Assembly (NCBI GenBank): GCA_037381445.1
Contig: JARRQT010000018.1
Coordinates: 1-26,570, forward strand
DNA from: Calditrichia bacterium
GTDB lineage: Bacteria; Calditrichota; Calditrichia; RBG-13-44-9
DNA length: 26,570 nucleotides
Direction of reading: 5' to 3'
The stretch's first letter is position 1. Every line of letters starts with the position of its first letter. Shown here one piece after another: positions 19,179 to 26,570 of this stretch. A program made the position numbers and the translations under genes. The notes below the pieces were generated by a model. The model searched no databases and was not told the origin of the DNA. It saw only the letters and a list, made by a program, of their open reading frames with translations.

Positions 19179-19445
19179 CCCCTTTGAATAATTGTGAATG
19201 AGATAAAGACGGCGGTATCCATTTTATGCCGCCGCCGTATGGCGAATAGTAAAGAAATGTGCAGTGTTTCTTAAAAAGGCAATAAAAGTGAGAGAGGAAC
19301 AGGATTTAAGTTCAGTCGAAACATATTCCGATAGCGCCGGATTCAGCTGTGACTTTGGCCTCCCACATGGACCAGATCTCCGGGACCTTCTGATTTGCTT
19401 TTAGCCGGATGAAATCCCTTTATTAATTAAATCCTGAATTTAGAA

Positions 19446-21323
19446 TCAATAATAATACCAGATCGTGCGGTAATCCCTGACCGATTCGCCACGCGCCGCC
19501 AGTTCTTCCAGATAATCGTATATGGGGACGTCAACGTAATTGTAGGGCGGAACGGCGGTAATGTTTTTTTCCCAGGGATGAAATTCGTAGACCCGCGATC
19601 CGTCGGGGAGAATCATGACCAGGCGGTGGTCCTGCCAGGACCGCAGATGGTTCTTGCCCAGGCGCGGCACGTTGAAAACCGGTTCGTCCGTGCGGTCCAG
19701 TCCCGGGAGCAGCCGGGCTTCTTCTTTCCGCTCCTGCAGAATTCTGGCAATGGGAACCATGTAGCGACGGGTCTCTTCCTTCCCCTTCATATTAAAGGTA
19801 TAGTAAGGGTCCACGCCAATGGATTTGAGGTCCAGGCGCAGTTTGGCGGTTTCAAATCGGCGGGAGTTTTCAACCGTGAAAACCACCTGGTTATAGACAC
19901 TCATTCCGCTTCGGCGGATTTTTTGAACAGCCTCCATTGATTGGGGGGTAATTTCATAAGAGTGCTCGAAATGGGTGACAATGGCAATTTCCCGCCTGGG
20001 CGGCTCGTGAAATTTGGAGAAAAGATTAACCAATTCATCTGTCCAGCGCATGGGAAGCACCACCGGGGTGCGGGTGCCGATCCGGATGCGGTAAATCTGC
20101 TTTTTGGCGGCCAGCGTTTCCAGCAGCCGCTGCATTTGTACGCTTTTCATTACCAACGGATCGCCGCCGGTAATGAGCACGTCCCCCACGCTGCGATGGC
20201 TGTCGAACCAGGCCAGTGCTTCCTCCAGCGATTTTTTGGAAGCGAGCGCATTGGGATCCAGCACGGTGTCGATTTCCCAGTTGCGCTGGCAGTAGACGCA
20301 GATTTGAGCGCATGTGTTAAAGGGTTTTATGATCGCGATGCCGGGGTAACGCCGGGTAACCAGATCTATGGGGGAGGTGTCGTGTTCACCCATAAAATCG
20401 AAAGATACCCCCCGATCGTTAATATGGGAAGCCATTTGATCAACGTATTCTTTGGGGGGAATCCCGAATGCGATCCTGTTTTCCACCGCCTTTTTGATGG
20501 CGGCTTTTTGATCGCTGTTCAGTTCAATCAGATCGAATAAAGGTTTGGGCGTGCGGATGACATTGCGCAACTGCCATCCCGTATCATTCCAGTCCGAATC
20601 CGAGGCATCAAAATAATGGAGGATTCTCTTTCGGTTCTCCTCCCGCCAACCGATAACTTCCTCCTCCAGTCCGGAGGGATACTTCTTAAAATATTTCTTG
20701 ACGGTCGAACCCAGGTCATCCAGAATCTCAGTCCGGGCCAGCGCCGCCTCCCTTCCTTTCATTTTCAGAAAATCGGGGATGCCTTTTTTCAGTTCGGTAT
20801 CTTCAAGATATATATTTGACTTTCCGATGACGCCCCGGAACAGACTGATGAATTCCAGCAGAAAGCCCACCGAAACTTCACTCTGCAGTTCCTCCCGTTT
20901 GTTCCGGGCAAGTTTCCATAAGCTGTCCAGGGCAGAAACCCCGGTCCTGAATTCATTGATGGGGCCGATAATGCTTTTGAAGACCCGGATGCACTCCCGG
21001 ACGGTTGCTTTTTCCAAAATGTGCAGGTCGTTGTCCAGATCGAAAAGCCTTCTCTCAGATTTTTCGAGAAAAGAATAGAGACTGTCCCGGGCCGTTTCCA
21101 GATCGGGGGAATTCTTCAATATTTGAAAGATTTCAGGATTCGCCTCCCACAGCCTGTTAAGATATGCCTCATAATCGACCTGAAATTTTGGTTTGAAGAG
21201 GCTGGTTTCATCGGTAAAAACGTCGTCAATAATTTTGGTGCTGATCCATTTCAAGCCGGTGCCGGACTTCCCGTCGGAATCAGCGGCGTCAGTCTTTCTG
21301 ACCGGTTGCGGTGACAATGACAT
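19446..21323 (-). CDS. Long-form KamA-family radical SAM aminomutase, predicted glutamate 2,3-aminomutase-like; apparent internal in-frame deletion
   Basis: WNDTGWQ, TRRYP, CAQICVYC, TGGDP and RIGTR.PVVLP. It has YYTFNMK and VFNVPRLGK where AblA has YYLYQCD and [10 protein letters not shown], plus an N-terminal extension of about 220 aa. Confidence 0.88.
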   Translation of the reverse strand: MSLSPQPVRKTDAADSDGKSGTGLKWISTKIIDDVFTDETSLFKPKFQVDYEAYLNRLWEANPEIFQILKNSPDLETARDSLYSFLEKSERRLFDLDNDLHILEKATVRECIRVFKSIIGPINEFRTGVSALDSLWKLARNKREELQSEVSVGFLLEFISLFRGVIGKSNIYLEDTELKKGIPDFLKMKGREAALARTEILDDLGSTVKKYFKKYPSGLEEEVIGWREENRKRILHYFDASDSDWNDTGWQLRNVIRTPKPLFDLIELNSDQKAAIKKAVENRIAFGIPPKEYVDQMASHINDRGVSFDFMGEHDTSPIDLVTRRYPGIAIIKPFNTCAQICVYCQRNWEIDTVLDPNALASKKSLEEALAWFDSHRSVGDVLITGGDPLVMKSVQMQRLLETLAAKKQIYRIRIGTRTPVVLPMRWTDELVNLFSKFHEPPRREIAIVTHFEHSYEITPQSMEAVQKIRRSGMSVYNQVVFTVENSRRFETAKLRLDLKSIGVDPYYTFNMKGKEETRRYMVPIARILQERKEEARLLPGLDRTDEPVFNVPRLGKNHLRSWQDHRLVMILPDGSRVYEFHPWEKNITAVPPYNYVDVPIYDYLEELAARGESVRDYRTIWYYY

Positions 21324-21495
21324 GTGATACCTTCCTATCTGTTTTTGAGATTCCCGGAAAAGGGAATTTTCGCTGTTTGATTTTCATCCGGAACAAAAAG
21401 AAGATGCTGTAGATCGATCGCGTGGGCGGCAAGGGAGAAGCGGCAGATTTTTGGACTACTCTACTCGATAACCATTTTCCGTCTCGACTATTATA

Positions 21496-21523
21496 ATTAT
21501 AGACTATTTTAAGGAGATTTCAA
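21496..21523 (-). promoter_or_regulatory. Sigma70-type promoter for the long-form aminomutase gene
   Basis: Minus strand TTGAAA-N16-TATAAT, about 170 nt upstream of the ATG. Confidence 0.55.
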
Positions 21524-21728
21524 GCAGTTTCTTGATGAGTACGCAAAATAATTTAAAATTCCGATAGTGAAATCACGTATTCCACTTAGGCAGCTCTTCT
21601 TTTTTGAAATATCGCTTGCAAAATATTTTTGCTAATCATTCTAAAATATTTGGCGATTCTAATTAATGATGGAGAAATCCGGATATATCCGGGTTGAAAA
21701 GAAACAGACACAGGAATGGGTGGATAAA

Positions 21729-22469
21729 ATGACCAAGGTAATCTCAATTTCTAATCCCAAGGGCGGTGTGGGGAAGACGACCACTGCCATCAATCTTGCC
21801 GCGAGTCTCTGTATCGCGGAAAAAAAGGTCCTCATTATTGATATGGATACCAACGGGGCGGTCAGCATTGGTCTGGGACTGGAATCCGATGAGATAAATG
21901 CCGGCGTCATGGAAATATTTCTGGGGGCCCGCGAGCTTCCCGAAACCATTCATGTGACCCCGATCCCCGGTTTGGACATCATACCCTGCAACGTCCGGAC
22001 CCTTGAACAGGAAAACCGGATGAACACCATCACAAAAAACAGAAAATTGCTGAGCCGGAAGATGCAGGATGCTGTTACCAAAGATAAAATTCACTACGAT
22101 TATATCATCATCGATACGCCTCCCGCACTAAATGATATAACCATGTCTGCGCTTTACGCGTCCGATTCGGTAGTCATTCCATTGCAGTGCGGCTACTTCT
22201 CCCTGAATATCATCCATCGTCTGCTGGAGTTGATTCACCGCATTCGCAGCAGCGCGAATCCCGAACTGGCGGTGGAAGGTATACTGTTGAATTTCTACGA
22301 AAAAACCACCCGCACCTCACAGAGAACTATTGAAGAAGCAAGGCGCCTGTTCAAAAATCAACTGTTCAAAACCGTTATTCCCAAAAATGCGGCCATCAGT
22401 TTCGCCTACAGGCGCTGCTGGAGGAGAGCCTGGCCCTCGACCGGCGGACGGGGAACCACCGGACCGTGA
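21729..22469 (+). CDS. ParA/Soj family ATPase with aberrant (replaced) C-terminus; possible pseudogene
   Basis: Deviant Walker A KGGVGKTT, IIDMD, YDYIIIDTPP, VVIPLQC and VIPKN. After ISFA the sequence turns into RRCWRRAWPSTGGRGTTGP. Start set at ATG 21729. Confidence 0.85.
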   Translation: MTKVISISNPKGGVGKTTTAINLAASLCIAEKKVLIIDMDTNGAVSIGLGLESDEINAGVMEIFLGARELPETIHVTPIPGLDIIPCNVRTLEQENRMNTITKNRKLLSRKMQDAVTKDKIHYDYIIIDTPPALNDITMSALYASDSVVIPLQCGYFSLNIIHRLLELIHRIRSSANPELAVEGILLNFYEKTTRTSQRTIEEARRLFKNQLFKTVIPKNAAISFAYRRCWRRAWPSTGGRGTTGP

Positions 22470-22536
22470 ATATCTTCAATCCGAGAATTGAAAACGAGAA
22501 CGCAGCGCGACCAGTTTGAGATACAGTCCCTTTAAC

Positions 22537-23211
22537 TCAGGATTGCTTCTTTCTGTGCTGCTTCAGAAACCATTTAAATAGTTGGGGATTGTTGTAGGCG
22601 GCCGTCCAGGAATCATGCCCCGCCTCCGGATAAACGGTAAGTTTCACCTTCTTTGCACCGCAGGCTTTCAAAGCATTCACCATCTGCTCCGATTTTTTCA
22701 GGGGAACCACCTGGTCCTTTGCACCATGAAACGCCCAGATGGGGAGGTGCTTTATCCGGCACGCTTTCCGGGGATTCCCGCCGCCGCAAATGGGTGCAAT
22801 GGCTGCAAAGCGATTGGGGTACATAAGGGCCAACTCCCAGGTGGCGAAACCTCCCATGCTTAGCCCGGTTATGCAGATCCTGTCCTCATCCGCGCGGTAC
22901 TCTTCCAGAATCTGATTGAGCAGCGCGTCCAAAACCTCGATGGACCAGCTTTCATCATTATGACATTGGGGCGAAACGACCATAAAAGGAAAGTCTTTCT
23001 GCGCCTGCACAATTTTGGGCGGTCCGTATTTCTTAACCAAACGCAGGTTATGTCCCCTTTCTCCGGCGCCGTGGAGAAACAGAATCAGGGGATATTTTTC
23101 CCCGGAATCGTAATAGCCTTCGGGCAGAAACAGCAAATAGCGGATATTTACCGCTAGCGTTATTTTCTTTCTGAATTGCCGGGCGGATTGCCCTTCCGGG
23201 ATTTTTTTCAT
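22537..23211 (-). CDS. Alpha/beta hydrolase (predicted esterase/peptidase)
   Basis: YPLILFLHGAGERG, nucleophile GLSMGG, FHGAKD.VVP and AGHDSW catalytic triad; ATGA overlap with the upstream gene. Confidence 0.92.
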   Translation of the reverse strand: MKKIPEGQSARQFRKKITLAVNIRYLLFLPEGYYDSGEKYPLILFLHGAGERGHNLRLVKKYGPPKIVQAQKDFPFMVVSPQCHNDESWSIEVLDALLNQILEEYRADEDRICITGLSMGGFATWELALMYPNRFAAIAPICGGGNPRKACRIKHLPIWAFHGAKDQVVPLKKSEQMVNALKACGAKKVKLTVYPEAGHDSWTAAYNNPQLFKWFLKQHRKKQS

Positions 23212-23618
23212 TCGATTTCGTCCTGCGATCGGCTGATTTTATTTGGTTCGAAGAACCTGACCAGAACATAGGCGATTAGTGCGAAAACAAAGAAAATCAA
23301 CAGCATCCAGGCGACACTTTGCAGGGTCTGAATGATGGTCCGGTAGATCTCCAGGACCCAGCGCTCCGGATTCAATACTATGGGAGGGGTGTTTTTTGCC
23401 GCGGGAGTAATATATTTTTCCAACTCCCAAATGCGGACACCGCCCGAAATGCCCACCACGTAAATTGCAAACTTGATATAGCGATGCCATGCAAAAGCGA
23501 TTTCATCGGTTATAATGCGCGACAAAATCTTTTCCACGGGCTTGTCAAAAAATACCACGACAATATGGGATGCCAGCGCTGCAATGACAAAGGTGATAAA
23601 CAGAAGGGTAAGAAACAT
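23208..23618 (-). CDS. Hypothetical membrane protein (about 3 transmembrane helices)
   Basis: GAGG RBS; three hydrophobic segments; fills the gap in a co-oriented gene run and is coupled to the next gene. Confidence 0.75.
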   Translation of the reverse strand: MFLTLLFITFVIAALASHIVVVFFDKPVEKILSRIITDEIAFAWHRYIKFAIYVVGISGGVRIWELEKYITPAAKNTPPIVLNPERWVLEIYRTIIQTLQSVAWMLLIFFVFALIAYVLVRFFEPNKISRSQDEIE

Positions 23619-23647
23619 GGGGCCTCACTTTTGTTTATGATATAAGG

Positions 23648-24286
23648 TTATTTATACAACTTGATAGCGTTTTGTACTCCCTCAATTATCATCTGAACGG
23701 CAATGACAGTGATAATCAGCCCCATCAGCCGGGTGATGACCTTGATGATGCCAGGCTTGATAAATGAAATAAGTTTTTCACTGTAGACAAACGCCAGGTA
23801 GGTGGCGATGCATATCACCGCGAAAACAAACAGAACAATCCCGGTATGCAGGTAGGAGGTGCGGGATCCGGTGAAATTAATGGCGGTGGTGATGGTTCCC
23901 GGGCCGGCGAGTATGGGGATGGCGATCGGCGTAATGGCGATATCATCCGGATCGACAGCCGGTTTGTCCTGCCCGCTCTGAAAATGATGGATGGGGGATT
24001 GCTTCCCCTGCAGCAATTGATAACCGACCAGATATACCAGCACGCCGCCCGCAATCTGGAAAGCGGGCAAGGTTATCCCGAATACCCTGAAAATAAGGTG
24101 CCCGAAAATGCTGAAGACCGCAATGATCAGAAAGGCGGTAACAGTTGATTTTGTGGCCACGCTTCGCTGTTCGTCGGGAGTGAGGCCATCCACCAGACCG
24201 ACGAAAATGGGCGCATTCCCGATGGGATTCATGATGGCGAAAAATCCCAAAAGCACATTAAAGGAAAATACCAGAAGATGGTCCAT
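23648..24286 (-). CDS. MarC family integral membrane protein
   Basis: FAIMNPIGNAPIF, FGITLPAFQIAGG, IAITPIAIPILAGPGTI and ITRLMGLI. Confidence 0.95.
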   Translation of the reverse strand: MDHLLVFSFNVLLGFFAIMNPIGNAPIFVGLVDGLTPDEQRSVATKSTVTAFLIIAVFSIFGHLIFRVFGITLPAFQIAGGVLVYLVGYQLLQGKQSPIHHFQSGQDKPAVDPDDIAITPIAIPILAGPGTITTAINFTGSRTSYLHTGIVLFVFAVICIATYLAFVYSEKLISFIKPGIIKVITRLMGLIITVIAVQMIIEGVQNAIKLYK

Positions 24287-24440
24287 GACTAGTTTCTATG
24301 GTTTTGTTTCACCCGCAAAAACTTCAATTATGCCATTGAATCCCCCCGGCAGATTTAGCGGTATTACAACCTGCCGGGAATCTCATTCAAAAAGGAAAAA
24401 TACTTGTCAGACCTGAAAATCGACGAAGAAAAAAAGCAGG

Positions 24441-25517
24441 TCATTCTGCAGAAAGCCTGAAAATTTCCAGCAGCATGGTGACTGCTTTTTCCATGTCGCT
24501 GACATGAATATGCTCGTCGACGGAATGTTCCAGACGGGCGCCGATTCCCACAACCGCCATTTCAATGCCGTGATTGTTATAAATGGAAGCGTCCGTAAAT
24601 CCGGTAATGAATGTCGTTTTGGCCTCGATTCCCGCCTTGCGGAGCGCTTTCCTGGCGATTTCCACGGTCCAGGAATCTTCGGGGATATCGACCGCCCGGC
24701 ACAGATTATCGATTTTGATATCCACTTTGGCGCCGGTGGAACCGGCTTCGGTTTTAATGATGCTCTCCATTTCGTCTGCCAGTTTTTGCGCTTTTTCATG
24801 GTCCAGACTGCGGCACTCCGCCAGGAAGGTGGCTTTCTCCGGCACGCCATTGCGGATAATTCCCCCGTGAATGACCCCCACATTTGCGGTGGTTTCATGG
24901 TCCAGCCGGCCCAGGCGCAGGGCGGCAATAGCCTTGGAGGCGGCCAGGATCGCATTTATTCCCTTCTCGGGCTCCATGCCGGCGTGGGCCGAGCGGCCTT
25001 TTATTTCAACGTCGATGGCGAAATAGGAAGGGCCGCCGATAACGATGGTATCAAGCGTGTCATTGTCGAGCAGAAATCCACGTTTTGCTGACAGTTTTGA
25101 ATAATCCAGATTTTTTACCCCTAGTAATCCCACTTCTTCCTGGCGGCTGATGGCGATCTCAACCGGCGGATGGATCTCCGCTGTGCGCAGTGCCTCCAGC
25201 ATTTCGGTGATTCCCGCTTTATCATCCGCGCCCAGAATGGTCTCGCCGCCGGAACGTATCACGCCATCCTTCAGCACGGGTTCAATTCCCTTCCCGGGCA
25301 TCACCGTGTCTGCGTGACAGGAGAGAAGAATTGCCGGTTTTCCTGTGCAGCCTTTGGCGGGAAGGCTGGCAATTAGGTTGCCATAGCTGTCTTTTTCCGC
25401 TCTGGCGCCAACCTTTTCGAATTCTTTTTTGAGGTAATCGATCATCGCGGCTTCGTTCCCCGATTCGCTGGGAATGCCGACCATTTCCATAAACTGCTGG
25501 ATCATTCTTTCCGACAT
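24441..25517 (-). CDS. M20 family metallopeptidase, peptidase T-like
   Basis: CHADTV, LGADDKAG, QEEVGL, GRSAHAG, TTANVG, TDA and HSVDEH; AGGAG RBS. Confidence 0.93.
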   Translation of the reverse strand: MSERMIQQFMEMVGIPSESGNEAAMIDYLKKEFEKVGARAEKDSYGNLIASLPAKGCTGKPAILLSCHADTVMPGKGIEPVLKDGVIRSGGETILGADDKAGITEMLEALRTAEIHPPVEIAISRQEEVGLLGVKNLDYSKLSAKRGFLLDNDTLDTIVIGGPSYFAIDVEIKGRSAHAGMEPEKGINAILAASKAIAALRLGRLDHETTANVGVIHGGIIRNGVPEKATFLAECRSLDHEKAQKLADEMESIIKTEAGSTGAKVDIKIDNLCRAVDIPEDSWTVEIARKALRKAGIEAKTTFITGFTDASIYNNHGIEMAVVGIGARLEHSVDEHIHVSDMEKAVTMLLEIFRLSAE

Positions 25518-25682
25518 ATGCTCTCCTTTCCTGAATCAAAATATTCAAATTATGCTAACAAAAGTTGTATCCAATGAATCCTTTTCTTTTTCCCAGACCA
25601 GGTCTGCCCTTAGCACATCAATATAAAATATAACATTCTCCTATTAAAGCAATTTTAAACAGGCTGCACCAAGTATTCTCTA

Positions 25683-26570
25683 TCAAATATTGCTGTTTCC
25701 CACCTTCATGAATTCCTCGATAATTTCCTGCGAAGGCGCTTTATCCAGCAGGCTTAATCCGATAATGGCGACCGCAGAAAAAAGAAAGCCGGGAACGATT
25801 TCGTACATGTCAAAGATCCCCCCCTGCAATTGTTTCCAGATAAGCACGGTCAGCCCGCCGATGATGATTCCTGCCAGCGCCCCCCGGTAAGTCATTCGCT
25901 TCCAGAATAGTGATAGAAGAATGAGCGGGCCGAAGGCCGCCCCAAATCCGGCCCAGGCGTAGGCCACCAGATTCAGCACATTCGCCTGCGGGTTGAGCGC
26001 GATGATAAAGGCAATTACCGCAATGCCGATGACCGAAAGCCGGCTGACCCAGACCAATTCTTTGTCGCTGGCGTTTTTTCTGAGCAGCACCCGGTAAAAA
26101 TCTTCACTCAGGGCGGAGGATGTTACCAGCAGCTGCGAATCCGCGGTGCTCATTATGGCGGCCAGAATAGCCGCCAGCAGCAGGCCGGCAAGCAGTGGAT
26201 GAAACAGATGATTCACCAGAACCATAAAAACCGTTTCAATATCCGGGCCCTGTAAAGGCTGGTCCAGATAGATGAATCCGATAATTCCCACTGCCACCGC
26301 GCAGAACAGGCTGATCACCACCCAGATCATGGCAATGGTTCTGGCCCGCCTGATTTGATGGGAAGAGCGAATGGCCATGAAACGGGCCAAAATGTGAGGC
26401 TGACCGAAATAGCCCAGTCCCCAGGCGGCTAGGGAGATAATGGAAATCAGCGATATCTCCGTTCCGTCGCGATGGGTGAACATGTTTAAAAAATCCGGAT
26501 TGGATTGATTGACGCTGGCGATGGTGTTGTTCACTCCTCCTAAAAGATAGATGCTGATCAGCGGCACAGT
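25683..26570 (-). CDS. putP: Sodium/proline symporter (partial, 5' end outside window)
   Basis: [47 protein letters not shown] and YEIVPGF. Confidence 0.93.
   Translation of the reverse strand, partial: TVPLISIYLLGGVNNTIASVNQSNPDFLNMFTHRDGTEISLISIISLAAWGLGYFGQPHILARFMAIRSSHQIRRARTIAMIWVVISLFCAVAVGIIGFIYLDQPLQGPDIETVFMVLVNHLFHPLLAGLLLAAILAAIMSTADSQLLVTSSALSEDFYRVLLRKNASDKELVWVSRLSVIGIAVIAFIIALNPQANVLNLVAYAWAGFGAAFGPLILLSLFWKRMTYRGALAGIIIGGLTVLIWKQLQGGIFDMYEIVPGFLFSAVAIIGLSLLDKAPSQEIIEEFMKVGNSNI

Noticed and set aside
16180..19187. Long antisense ORFs 16180..16923, 16981..17886 and 18366..19187
   Set aside because: Shadow ORFs opposite the amidohydrolase and EEP genes.
19446..21323. Calling the second KamA-family gene EpmB or a second lysine 2,3-aminomutase
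   Set aside because: Much longer than EpmB, no efp/epmA nearby, and both lysine-binding aspartates are substituted.
24345..24378. CCCGGCAG...CTGCCGGG hairpin between the M20 peptidase and MarC genes
   Set aside because: Large loop and no U-tract, so it cannot be called a terminator.
1..26570. CRISPR arrays, tRNA/rRNA, transposases, stop-codon recoding
   Set aside because: By eye I found no regularly spaced repeats, RNA-gene signatures, transposase ORFs or in-frame stop readthrough candidates.

Overview
Bacterial chromosomal window of moderate GC with about 24 protein-coding genes; no rRNA, tRNA, CRISPR array or transposase was seen. The FCB-type RpoZ and general gene style suggest an FCB-group organism such as Calditrichota (inference only). 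Left half: a partial OmpR-type response regulator, a DegP/HtrA protease, a radical SAM/DedA pair, a DksA/TraR zinc finger fused to an RsbU-type PP2C phosphatase, a GNAT, TauE, a trans-sulfuration PLP enzyme, an acyl-CoA ligase and a stand-alone rpoZ. The right half looks like a compatible-solute (osmoadaptation) region. It has an ablA - Na+/solute symporter - ablB operon for N-epsilon-acetyl-beta-lysine, and a second, long-form KamA-family enzyme carrying the Asp->Lys/Asp->Asn signature of glutamate 2,3-aminomutase (beta-glutamate). It also has two MarC proteins, a YtcJ amidohydrolase, an M20 peptidase and PutP. Features missing from the ORF track include a MITE-like element with a nested REP-like dyad, a truncated RimJ/RimL GNAT stump, an apparent in-frame deletion of about 20-25 codons in the second aminomutase, and a ParA whose C-terminus is replaced by a 75% GC TPR-like fragment.
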